Position numbers and translations under genes: made by a program. From assembly GCA_003352285.1 (NCBI GenBank), contig QQVN01000005.1:316380-348379 (forward strand): a DNA stretch of 32,000 nucleotides. The letters run 5' to 3'. Below are positions 15,996 through 24,519 of this stretch, piece after piece (position 1 is the first letter of the stretch; each line of letters begins with the position of its first letter). The notes beneath the pieces are model-generated. The model ran no database searches and had not been told where the DNA came from. It saw only the letters and a program-made list of their open reading frames with translations. The stretch comes from Thermoproteota archaeon (GTDB lineage Archaea > Thermoproteota > Nitrososphaeria > Nitrososphaerales > Nitrosopumilaceae).

Positions 15996-16565
15996 ATGGT
16001 CGATAAAAAACTAATTGTAGTCGGACTCAGCGTCGTTTTAGCACTGGGAACCGTTGGATTCAACTGGGTTGAATCTATCCTTCCAACAGCTGAAGCACAC
16101 GGAGTTCAAGCACAACTGCAGAGTCGTTTCGTTAGAATTGAAGATGAAACCTTCAATCGACAATCTCTACAAACCGGAGAGACACTAACTGTACAAGGTA
16201 AGTTAGTCAGCCTCGTAGAAAGAGACCTTAGAGGATGGATTTCAATATTCTCTGAATCAACCAATGCTGGAAACAGATGGGAGATTCTAGCAAGAGATCC
16301 ACCAGGTAACGTCTTTGATATGTCTGGCAACTCAGTTACAGATTATGCAATCTCCGCAAAAGCACTTGAGCCAGGTGTATACCATGTACACACTCAGCTT
16401 AACGTAGCTCAAGTAGGTCCAGGACTTGGTCCAGGACAAACAGTAGTAGTCGAGGGAGAACCAATCATCAAAGAAATTCCATACACCAACATTGCATATC
16501 AATCAATCATCATTGGTGTTGGATATGTAATCACATTCGCGACACGACCCTGGCAAGTTATCTAA
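15996..16565 (+). CDS. amoB: ammonia monooxygenase subunit B (archaeal, short form)
   Basis: 189 aa. The signal peptide ends ..PTAEA|HGVQ, so the mature N-terminus is a His. YHVHTQL supplies an HxH pair, the ligand set known from the PmoB/AmoB copper site. There is a C-terminal TM helix (IIIGVGYVITFA). Confidence 0.95.
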   Translation: MVDKKLIVVGLSVVLALGTVGFNWVESILPTAEAHGVQAQLQSRFVRIEDETFNRQSLQTGETLTVQGKLVSLVERDLRGWISIFSESTNAGNRWEILARDPPGNVFDMSGNSVTDYAISAKALEPGVYHVHTQLNVAQVGPGLGPGQTVVVEGEPIIKEIPYTNIAYQSIIIGVGYVITFATRPWQVI

Positions 16566-16593
16566 AATCCCTTCTTTCCTTTTCCTTTTCTAG
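16566..16593 (+). terminator. pyrimidine/oligo-T tract directly after the amoB stop (cccttctttccttttccttttc)
   Basis: It contains the 15-mer ttccttttccttttc (16576..16590), identical to the minus-strand sequence at 13917..13931 after amoA. Confidence 0.5.
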
Positions 16594-16633
16594 TACATCA
16601 TAGATTTATCTATCCAAGTCTCATTTTGAAAAA

Positions 16634-16948
16634 GTGACCAGTTTCAAAATTACAAAATTAGACATGCATCAGAGTTATTTTGTTGGTAAGGTAGAATCAG
16701 CAGGAAAAGAATTCAGCATAAATGTTCAGGATCAAAGAAGAGGCAAAGTGCTCAAAATGCCAATTAAACCATACTCAAAAAAACACCGATTTTTAGTCAG
16801 ATTTACAGGGAAAGAAGATATCTTTGTTGAGGACTATCTGCCATACATTGGAGAATCGGAATGGCTTGAGATTGACTCTGATGAGATAGTATTTGCACTT
16901 GCAGATAAACAGGATGAATTTGACACAATAGAAATTGTAGATGAATAG
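16634..16948 (+). CDS. hypothetical acidic cytoplasmic protein (104 aa)
   Basis: The ORF lies immediately downstream of amoB on the same strand. It starts with GTG; an internal ATG (MHQSYF..) is possible. No motif recognised. Confidence 0.45.
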   Translation: MTSFKITKLDMHQSYFVGKVESAGKEFSINVQDQRRGKVLKMPIKPYSKKHRFLVRFTGKEDIFVEDYLPYIGESEWLEIDSDEIVFALADKQDEFDTIEIVDE

Positions 16949-16990
16949 AATCATAGAAACGACTTTAAAGAATTTCAAGAGAGATAAGAC

Positions 16991-17521
16991 ATGATTTGGC
17001 CAGGGATGGGAGATCCCACAAAGCGGAAAAAAACACTCAAGTTTTTGGGTTTGACAGCAGCCATTGGAATGTCGGTTTTTTTGGCAGGCAGTCTCATTCA
17101 AGGTCAGCTTAGTCAAGGCGACCCGCTAAAGGCATGCATCAATGACAGAAATACACCATACAAGATCAAGGCAACCTTAGAGCTTTATGTTGATAAACAG
17201 AAAGCAGACATTCCTGCAAATATTGGCTTTGTTGAGGGAGAATGTCAAAGGTCGCTTTATACAATTACAGATGATGGAACAATTTATGCAGAGTGGGAAG
17301 AAGAGTACCCATTTGAGATTGGTCATTTTCTATGGTCATGGGACTTTCCGTTAAGAGATATGGAACAGTCAAAATCAAGAATTCTAGTTAACGGTGTAGA
17401 ATCACCAAACTTCATTCACTCCCCGTTAGTTGAAGGATATCACTACAGAGCAGAGTTCACATCAAAGGCATATGATGAATCAAAAGACAAGGACTTTTTG
17501 CCACCCGAGTTACAACCATAA
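16991..17521 (+). CDS. hypothetical N-terminally membrane-anchored protein (176 aa)
   Basis: It has a basic N-terminus followed by the TM helix LKFLGLTAAIGMSVFLAGSLI, then a Cys-containing soluble domain predicted to face outside. Confidence 0.6.
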   Translation: MIWPGMGDPTKRKKTLKFLGLTAAIGMSVFLAGSLIQGQLSQGDPLKACINDRNTPYKIKATLELYVDKQKADIPANIGFVEGECQRSLYTITDDGTIYAEWEEEYPFEIGHFLWSWDFPLRDMEQSKSRILVNGVESPNFIHSPLVEGYHYRAEFTSKAYDESKDKDFLPPELQP

Positions 17522-17586
17522 ATCTGAATTCTATAGAATCATCTAAGTCCGATTTTAAAAATAATGAAAAGAAGAAAAAGGTAATT

Positions 17587-17856
17587 TTACCAATACTTGC
17601 CGTTATCTGGAATTAGACCGATACCTTCTCTTTCAAAGTGTCTATCCAATTCGTCGACCCATCTCTCACGGTTGTCTTTGTATCCCCATCCGTGAACACG
17701 TAACCAGAAGGAAACGATAGCCAGAAGGAATATCGTAAACATTATGGTTCCGAAGATGTAAATCATAACGTCATAGAACAATGGGTCATAGTTAGGTCCC
17801 AGTTGTCCTGTTATTGTTGACAAGATACTGAGGAATGTGCCCAATATAGGAGTCAT
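17587..17856 (-). CDS. small integral membrane protein (89 aa), candidate AMO-associated subunit
   Basis: It has a strong TM helix (VMIYIFGTIMFTIFLLAIVSFWL), a weaker N-terminal hydrophobic segment and a charged C-terminal tail. A T-rich tract follows the stop. Confidence 0.6.
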   Translation of the reverse strand: MTPILGTFLSILSTITGQLGPNYDPLFYDVMIYIFGTIMFTIFLLAIVSFWLRVHGWGYKDNRERWVDELDRHFEREGIGLIPDNGKYW

Positions 17857-17967
17857 TGAATATCGAACGATATTTCTGCGATATATACATTTCCTTCATT
17901 CTCAAAAAGGACGAGATCAGCACATGATATAGAAAAATCTAATAAAATAAGAGAAAAGAGGTTTTGT

Positions 17968-18297
17968 TTATCCTCTACCTTGAGCGGCGTATTTACCAGA
18001 TCTTCCTCTAATGAATAGAGCGCCTGCAATGCCACCAAATACTGCTGCAGAAATTGCAGAAGCACCAATTACACCGCTAGCATCAAGATATGGAGTTCCT
18101 GAACCGCTGGCAGGGTTTTCCTGTACTGCCTCGATTCTTCTTCTTTGAATCTCGAGGGCTTCTTCTAAAGTGTATTTTCCAGTTTGTCCTTCGTCTCCAA
18201 CATTACCCATGTATTGAGCATAAGCAACGCCAGTCATTCCCATGCTGCCGAAGGCAATTACTGCCAAAACACTTGCGAATAGTATTGTCTTAGTCAT
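17968..18297 (-). CDS. small type-I membrane protein (109 aa): signal peptide plus C-terminal TM anchor, candidate AMO-associated subunit
   Basis: The signal peptide is MTKTILFASVLAVIAFGSMGMTGVAYA|Q. It is followed by a helical soluble segment and the C-terminal helix GVIGASAISAAVFGGIAGALFI with a basic tail RGRSGKY. Confidence 0.6.
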   Translation of the reverse strand: MTKTILFASVLAVIAFGSMGMTGVAYAQYMGNVGDEGQTGKYTLEEALEIQRRRIEAVQENPASGSGTPYLDASGVIGASAISAAVFGGIAGALFIRGRSGKYAAQGRG

Positions 18298-18423
18298 ACC
18301 GTTTACCTGTTGGTGAGATGTCTATTATACTTATTTAACTTTTATTCTTAGACCCAGATCCAGGAATTTTGTTCGATAATCGCAGTAAGTAACGTTTAAT
18401 TCTCTTCTAAAGTCTGCCAGAAT

Positions 18424-18873
18424 ATGGGACGACTACACACTCACAGACACGGAAGATCTCACTCTATCAGACCGGTAACTGTAAGAGCGCCATCTTGGAT
18501 TACTCAGAGCTCAAAAGAGGTTGAAGAGTTAGTTGTCAAGTATGCAAAAGAAGGACTCTCCCCAAGTCAGATAGGCATTAAGCTTCGCGATCAGTATTCT
18601 ATTCCATTAACAAAACCAATCACTCAAAAATCTGTAACAAAAATTCTGGAGGAAAACAAGATGCTTCCAGAACTTCCTGAAGACTTGAACAATATTGTTA
18701 ACAAGGCAGTAGGATTACAAAAACACCTCAAAGCAAACAAAGGAGATCACAGAAACGTTAGATCATTAGAGTTAATCGAAGCCAAAGTTCACAGGCTGGC
18801 AACTTATTACAAAAGAATAGGTCGAATTCCCAAAAACTGGAAATATAAATCCGTGGTAGCTCAGTTAGAGTAA
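18424..18873 (+). CDS. rps15: 30S ribosomal protein S15 (uS15, archaeal S15P/S13e)
   Basis: MGRLHTHRHGRSHSIRP.. and the C-terminal ..HRNVRSLELIEAKVHRLATYYKR.. are typical of archaeal uS15. Confidence 0.93.
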   Translation: MGRLHTHRHGRSHSIRPVTVRAPSWITQSSKEVEELVVKYAKEGLSPSQIGIKLRDQYSIPLTKPITQKSVTKILEENKMLPELPEDLNNIVNKAVGLQKHLKANKGDHRNVRSLELIEAKVHRLATYYKRIGRIPKNWKYKSVVAQLE

Positions 18874-20273
18874 TGGGAAAAAGCCTAAGCGAATCATTAT
18901 CTAGTTTTACCGATAAAATTTCAGATTGCATTAAAACAAACAAATCAATCGTTGTTACTACCCACATAGATTGTGACGGATTAACATCAGGAAGTATTAT
19001 CACTAAAGCCCTCATCAGAGCAGGAGTCAAATGTACAGTTAGAACCTCAAATGAGTTTAGTCAAAATGTTATTTCTGGAATGCAAAAAGATTCTAGAGAT
19101 TTTCACATTGTAACAGACCTTGGAGGAGGATTTGCAGATGAGCTTGATGCAGCATTAAATGATAATTGGTTTGTTATTGATCATCATCAAATTTCTGATG
19201 AAGAGATGGACAATGAACGAGTGATTAACGCATGGAAGTACGGCATAGATGGAGGAGTAGAGATTTGTGCAGGAGGAATGACTTACTTGGCTTCCATGGC
19301 TCTTGATGAGAAAAACTCAGATCTTGCAGGAGTGGCAGTGGTTTCAGCTTTGGGAGACAGACAGGATCAGGGAGAGAAAAAATCTTTCATAGGAAAAAAC
19401 TCTGAGATTGTAAAAGCAGCCAAAGAACAAGGTTTGGTAGATGTGGACTTGGATTTGTTACTTGTTGGTAGAGAGACAAGGCCATTGCCTGATGCCTTGG
19501 CATTTACCTCACAGCCATTTATTGAAGGACTTACTTGGAATAGAGATGCCTGCTTATCATTACTAAATTCATCAGGAATTAAACTCAAAGAAGGTGGAAG
19601 ATGGAGAGTTCCTGCAGAATTATCAGAAGATGAAAAAAGAGCAGTAATAGAATCAATTACAAAATTCACGTCAGGAAAGAATGCAACTGATATCATGGAG
19701 GAATTGATTGGATATACCTACACTTTTCCTAGAGAAGACAAGATGAGTTTTTTGAGAGATGGTAGAGACTTTTCAACAATGCTGAATTCATGTGGAAGGA
19801 TTAGCAAGGCAGGTGTCGGAATAGCCATTTGCATGGGAGATCGAAACAGGATGCTAAGAGAGGGCGAAACTATTCTAACAGAGTATCGAAAGATGATAAG
19901 AAATTACATGAATGTTTTAGCCAATGAAAGATGGAGAATTTCTGAAAGTCAGTCATGTGTCATGGTCAATGGAGAAGGCATAGTACCAGAAACAATGACA
20001 GGTACAATCTCATCGCTAATTGCAGGTTCTCCAAAGAATGCTGGAAAGATAGTCATTTTGAGAACAAATGGAGAAGAGGGCACGATAAAATTCTCTTCTA
20101 GAAAATCTATGGGTTGCAAATCAGAAGTAAATCTAAGCTTACTCATGAGAAATGGTGCAGAAAAATTTGACGGAGTAGGTGGAGGACATGATGCAGCAGC
20201 AGGTGCAAAAATAACTAAAGACAAATTGGATGGATTTTTGGATTATTTGGAATCAAATGTCATTAACGTGTAG
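18873..20273 (+). CDS. DHH/DHHA1 phosphoesterase, archaeal RecJ-like nuclease
   Basis: The DHH motifs are VVTTHIDCDGLTSG, DLGGG and VIDHHQ. The DHHA1 motif is GGGHDAAAGA. The ATG overlaps the S15 stop (TAATG). Confidence 0.8.
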   Translation: MGKSLSESLSSFTDKISDCIKTNKSIVVTTHIDCDGLTSGSIITKALIRAGVKCTVRTSNEFSQNVISGMQKDSRDFHIVTDLGGGFADELDAALNDNWFVIDHHQISDEEMDNERVINAWKYGIDGGVEICAGGMTYLASMALDEKNSDLAGVAVVSALGDRQDQGEKKSFIGKNSEIVKAAKEQGLVDVDLDLLLVGRETRPLPDALAFTSQPFIEGLTWNRDACLSLLNSSGIKLKEGGRWRVPAELSEDEKRAVIESITKFTSGKNATDIMEELIGYTYTFPREDKMSFLRDGRDFSTMLNSCGRISKAGVGIAICMGDRNRMLREGETILTEYRKMIRNYMNVLANERWRISESQSCVMVNGEGIVPETMTGTISSLIAGSPKNAGKIVILRTNGEEGTIKFSSRKSMGCKSEVNLSLLMRNGAEKFDGVGGGHDAAAGAKITKDKLDGFLDYLESNVINV

Positions 20274-20499
20274 ATTACAGATAACTCTGGATAATATTTC
20301 AGCCCAAAAGGCAGAGGCAATCAAAAAGGCTTTAGAGCCAGACAATGTAGATTTTCCAGAAAACTTGACTCTAAAAATTGAAAATGTTGATAACAAACTT
20401 GTTTTTGATTTCCAAAGTCAGAATAACATGAAAAGTATGATTGCCTCTGTCGATGAAGTTTTAGAGCATGTTCAAGTGATTCTCAAAGTGATAGAGTGA
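20257..20499 (+). CDS. pcc1: KEOPS complex subunit Pcc1-like protein
   Basis: About 80 aa: LQITLDNISAQKAEAIKKALEPDNVDFPENLTLKIENVDNKLVFDFQSQNNMKSMIASVDEVLEHVQV. This fits the Pcc1/CTAG pattern as I remember it. The start is ambiguous (20230 or 20257) and the ORF overlaps the upstream gene. Confidence 0.6.
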   Translation: MSLTCRLQITLDNISAQKAEAIKKALEPDNVDFPENLTLKIENVDNKLVFDFQSQNNMKSMIASVDEVLEHVQVILKVIE

Positions 20500-21761
20500 T
20501 GCTAGACCCAAAATTTATCAGAGAAAATGTAGAAGAAATTCGCTCGATGCTAGAAGCCCGTTGTGTGAATTTTGATCTAGAAAAATTATTAGATTCAGAT
20601 CAGAAACGGCGTGATTTCATAATCAAAACTGATGAGCTGCGACAAAAGAAAAACCAAGTTGCATTACAAATAGCTCAAAAGAAAAAGTCAGGAGAGGATG
20701 CATCAGAAATCCTCAATGAGATGAAGACAGTTTCTGAAAAACTTGCAAAATTGGAGATGGAGCAAAATGAGATAGAAAGGGATTTTGCCAAACTCGCATA
20801 TACTATTCCAAATTTAATTCACGAGTCAGTACCTAAAGGAAAAGATGAAACTGCAAATAAAGAAATCAGAGCTTGGGGAAACCCGCCAAAATTTGATTTT
20901 AAAATTCATGACCATATTGATATTTCAGCAGACTTGGATCTTGTGGATTTGGAGAGAGCTGCAAAGGTAGCAGGGGCCAGATTCTATTATTTGAAAAATG
21001 ATCTAGTGAGATTAAATCAAGCATTGATAAATTACGCATTGGATTTTCTTAACAAGAAAAACTATTCGCTAATTCAGCCACCATATATGATAAAAAAAGA
21101 ATCAATGGAAGGCGCAGTAATCTCTGAGGACTTTGAGGAAGTAATATACAAAATTCAAGATGAAGACCTATACCTTATAGGTACATCAGAGCACGCGATG
21201 GCTGCAATGCACTCAGGGGAGATCATGGATGGAAATACTTTACCAATCAGATATGCTGGAGTCAGTCCATGTTTTAGAAAAGAAGCAGGAGCACATGGAA
21301 GAGATCAGAAAGGAATTTTCCGAGTTCATCAATTTGAAAAGATTGAACAATTTGTATTTGCAAGACCAGAAGATTCATGGAAAGAGCATGAACGAATGTT
21401 ATCTATTGCAGAAGAATTTTACCAAAGTTTAGAAATTCCACATAGAGTTATGTTGCTTTCAAGTGCAGATATGGGAAAAGTTTCAGCAAAGACATATGAT
21501 ATTGAAGCTTGGATGGCAGGACAAAATTCATTTCGAGAGATCGTATCTTGCTCTAATTGTCTAGATTATCAAGCAAGACGTCTAAAGATAAGATTTCGAG
21601 ATAAAACCAATGAGGACACACAATTTCTTCATACACTAAATAGTACGTTAGTGGCAACCTCTCGAGTTTTAGTTTCTTTATTGGAAAATTTCCAAACAAA
21701 AGATGGACATGTTTCCATTCCAAAAATTTTAAGAAATTATATCGGCAAAGATTCAATTTAA
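20499..21761 (+). CDS. serS: serine--tRNA ligase
   Basis: MLDPKFIRENVEEIRSMLEAR is followed by the coiled-coil arm. The class II motifs include RFYYLKND, GTSEH, FRKEAG..GRD..GIFRVHQF and NSTLVATSR. An alternative GTG at 20496 is 1 codon upstream. Confidence 0.93.
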   Translation: MLDPKFIRENVEEIRSMLEARCVNFDLEKLLDSDQKRRDFIIKTDELRQKKNQVALQIAQKKKSGEDASEILNEMKTVSEKLAKLEMEQNEIERDFAKLAYTIPNLIHESVPKGKDETANKEIRAWGNPPKFDFKIHDHIDISADLDLVDLERAAKVAGARFYYLKNDLVRLNQALINYALDFLNKKNYSLIQPPYMIKKESMEGAVISEDFEEVIYKIQDEDLYLIGTSEHAMAAMHSGEIMDGNTLPIRYAGVSPCFRKEAGAHGRDQKGIFRVHQFEKIEQFVFARPEDSWKEHERMLSIAEEFYQSLEIPHRVMLLSSADMGKVSAKTYDIEAWMAGQNSFREIVSCSNCLDYQARRLKIRFRDKTNEDTQFLHTLNSTLVATSRVLVSLLENFQTKDGHVSIPKILRNYIGKDSI

Positions 21762-21802
21762 TAACATACCCTTATATTTTGGATTCAAAGGTCGGTTACT
21801 AA

Positions 21803-22414
21803 TTGGCACGAAGAAAGACTAAGGTTAAGGACAAATGGAGAGAGAAAAAATGGATTACAGTATTAGCTCCAGATTCATTTAACAATGTTCCAGTAGCCTA
21901 TGTTCCTATTACTGATGAGGAAAATGCTGTTGGCAGAGTCTTTGAAGTTACATTATTTGATATTCTAAAGGGAGATCCATCACAACACCAATACAAGATG
22001 TATTTCCAGTTACACAAAATTCAAGATGATAAAGCAACAACTATCTTCAAAAGATACGAGTATGCAAAAGAATTTTTACGAAGTCTTGTTAGACGAGGCT
22101 CCTCAAAAATCAATTTCATTATTGATGCAAAGACCAAAGACGGACATGTTTTCAGATTAAAGGTTTTAGCATTAACACACAGACAGTTAAACACATCTAG
22201 AAAACATGCTTTAAGATTGATTGCAAAGGATGTAATAGAAAAGACAGTACCTCAAATGACAATAGACCAATTTGTTCAAGCAACATGTTATGGAAAGATT
22301 AATTCTGATATTATGGCAGCAGCAAAGAAGCTAATCAGAATGAGACATGTTGGACTAGAAAAAGTCAAACTTGTAAGAACTGCCGAAAAGGAAGTAGCAT
22401 TACTTCAAGCCTAA
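21803..22414 (+). CDS. rps3ae: 30S ribosomal protein S3Ae (eS1)
   Basis: It starts with TTG and reads ARRKTKVKDKWREKKWITVLAPDSFN.., the hallmark eS1 N-terminus. Confidence 0.9.
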   Translation: MARRKTKVKDKWREKKWITVLAPDSFNNVPVAYVPITDEENAVGRVFEVTLFDILKGDPSQHQYKMYFQLHKIQDDKATTIFKRYEYAKEFLRSLVRRGSSKINFIIDAKTKDGHVFRLKVLALTHRQLNTSRKHALRLIAKDVIEKTVPQMTIDQFVQATCYGKINSDIMAAAKKLIRMRHVGLEKVKLVRTAEKEVALLQA

Positions 22415-22439
22415 ATATTAAAAAACATCCTACTTAGAG

Positions 22440-22868
22440 ATGGGAAACAAAACTGAAGTTACTATTGATGTAATTATTCACGCAACTGAGGACATGGTAA
22501 AATTTCAGGAAACTTTTCAAGATGTCTTTTCTATAACTCCAGAGGAGTTTTCTACTCAGATTGTTTCAGGGCATTATGATAATCCAATTACTATCATGAC
22601 TACAAAAATTGTTAAAGAACAGGCAATGGGTTTTGTTGAAACCCTTACTTCAATGATGAGTAAAGAACAGATGGATGAGATCATTTCAAATCTTGATTCC
22701 ATGATTGATAATTCTACACTTTATTTGAGAATCAGCAAACAAGATTTTGTGGAAAATAAAATTACGTTTCAAGAGGAGAATGCAATAAAGATAAAAATTT
22801 ACACTCCAATCTATTCGAAAAAAAATACTATCAAAGCATTTACCGATTTGCTCAAAAAATCCATCTAG
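22440..22868 (+). CDS. putative RNA-binding protein of the predicted-exosome-subunit family (COG1325-like)
   Basis: TIDVIIHATEDMVKFQETF matches the hATED pattern I remember at the N-terminus of this family, and the protein is 142 aa. The assignment is from memory only. Confidence 0.5.
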   Translation: MGNKTEVTIDVIIHATEDMVKFQETFQDVFSITPEEFSTQIVSGHYDNPITIMTTKIVKEQAMGFVETLTSMMSKEQMDEIISNLDSMIDNSTLYLRISKQDFVENKITFQEENAIKIKIYTPIYSKKNTIKAFTDLLKKSI

Positions 22869-23009
22869 ATTAAATAGGAAATCACACTTTCTATTTTTTG
22901 GGAATGAGGAAATAACAGCCGCTCCAGTCTGAGCAGCGCAAGCTTTGAAGATGCCGCGACGAACCGACCCAATTATAGATCCTTAAAATCAAGATTGTTT
23001 TAAATACCG

Positions 23010-24485
23010 ATGAACGAGGGGATGTTTGTGGCCGATTATGATGTCATTATAGCTGGAGGAGGATTAGCAGGAACAATTGCTGCACAATCAGTATCTCACT
23101 ATTCTAAACAAGGACTAAAAATTCTAGTTGTTGACAGAAACTCTAGTTTTCTACCAGGTAGAAAAAGTGTAGGAGGATGGATTTGTGGTGATGCAGTAAG
23201 CAAAGAAGCTGTAGACTACATGTCAGAAAGAATCAAGGTGAATTGGACGGATCCTGAGATTGAACACAAAGTAAAAGGAGTCATGGCATTTTCTCCTAAC
23301 AGAGAAACATCAATTCCTTTTGATGGGGACGGTTACATGCTAAATCGTCAAAAACTCCCAGAAAGGCAAAACGAGCGTTCCATGAAAATGGGAATTAACT
23401 TTGATTTTGAGATTAATCTTACAGGTCTAATTTATGATGGAAGTCAAGTAGTTGGCGTTCAAGGAGTGGATAATAAAAATAAGCAGCCTTACAAAAAAAC
23501 TGCAAAGATAGTGATTGATGCAACTGGAATTACATCAATGCTAAGAAATCAAATTCAAAACACAACTAAAATTGAAAGAAAGGTAGACAGAAGAGATGTG
23601 GAATCCACAGGCAGGCACATCATGTATTTTGAAAATGGTGAAGAAGACCTATCTGAATTTGACCCAGATTATTGTATCATACATTTAGACCAAGATATCG
23701 CACCAGGTGGATATGGTTGGGTATTTCCAAAAGGCAAAAACAAAGTAAACATCGGTCTAGGTGTTGAAAAAACTCTTCTTGATAAACGAAATAAGCGCTT
23801 AGGAAAAAACGATAACGTATCAATGTTGATTGATCAATATGTAGCACGAAACAGAGCTATCAAAAATCCCAAGCTTTCAACTGATCCAGAAGATAAGAAT
23901 AATGCAACTGGAAATTTCCAGGTGTCAGTTAGAAGACAAAACGACTGCCTAGTAGCTAATGGATACATGTTGGTTGGAGATGCTGCATGGATGCCAAAAC
24001 CATTAGATGCCGGAGGAATTGGTCCTGCACTAGTAGCTGGCACAATTATTGGAAAATGTGCTGTAGAGGCAATTCAAAAAGGAGACGTTACAGAAAAAGG
24101 ACTGTGGAATTACAATAAAGAATTCATCAACGAATATGGATACAAAACTGCAGGTCTTGAGGTATTTAGAAGATTAATTCAGACATTAACAAATGAACAG
24201 ATTGACTATGGAATGAAACACTTTTTGGGAAACTTGGATGTTGAAGCAATTTCCAAAGGGGAGCACCCAGACTTTAGTGCACTTGGGAAACTTGGAATGA
24301 TTATCAGAGGAGCACTAAACAAAAAATTAGCCGACGGCCTAAGATTTACTACACAGCAAAACAGATGGTTAACAGAACATTATTACAATTATCCAGATTC
24401 GCCTGAAGGATTTGCAGATTGGAGTCAAAAATTACACAAAGTTCTTGATGAATCTAATGCCAAACTAGAACAATTTCAAAACTAA
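23010..24485 (+). CDS. geranylgeranyl reductase-family FAD-dependent oxidoreductase
   Basis: It has the dinucleotide fold YDVIIAGGGLAGTIAA, WICGDAV (the conserved Cys), APGGYGWVFPKG and LVGDAAWMPKPLDAGGIGPAL. At 491 aa it is longer than typical GGRs and carries an extra C-terminal helical region. Confidence 0.8.
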   Translation: MNEGMFVADYDVIIAGGGLAGTIAAQSVSHYSKQGLKILVVDRNSSFLPGRKSVGGWICGDAVSKEAVDYMSERIKVNWTDPEIEHKVKGVMAFSPNRETSIPFDGDGYMLNRQKLPERQNERSMKMGINFDFEINLTGLIYDGSQVVGVQGVDNKNKQPYKKTAKIVIDATGITSMLRNQIQNTTKIERKVDRRDVESTGRHIMYFENGEEDLSEFDPDYCIIHLDQDIAPGGYGWVFPKGKNKVNIGLGVEKTLLDKRNKRLGKNDNVSMLIDQYVARNRAIKNPKLSTDPEDKNNATGNFQVSVRRQNDCLVANGYMLVGDAAWMPKPLDAGGIGPALVAGTIIGKCAVEAIQKGDVTEKGLWNYNKEFINEYGYKTAGLEVFRRLIQTLTNEQIDYGMKHFLGNLDVEAISKGEHPDFSALGKLGMIIRGALNKKLADGLRFTTQQNRWLTEHYYNYPDSPEGFADWSQKLHKVLDESNAKLEQFQN

Positions 24486-24519
24486 GACTTATTTGTAAAT
24501 TAAAAATTCTATCTTGTAG

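Noticed and set aside
17853-18068. Minus-strand 71-aa ORF
   Set aside because: It overlaps the 3' end of the signal-peptide/TM protein (17968..18297) in another frame and runs through its T-rich terminator region.
22900-22975. Possible C/D-box sRNA on the plus strand (atgagga ... ctga ... tgaaga)
   Set aside because: The C box is imperfect, the C-to-D' spacing is 18 nt rather than about 12, and no terminal D box (CUGA) or terminal stem is present.
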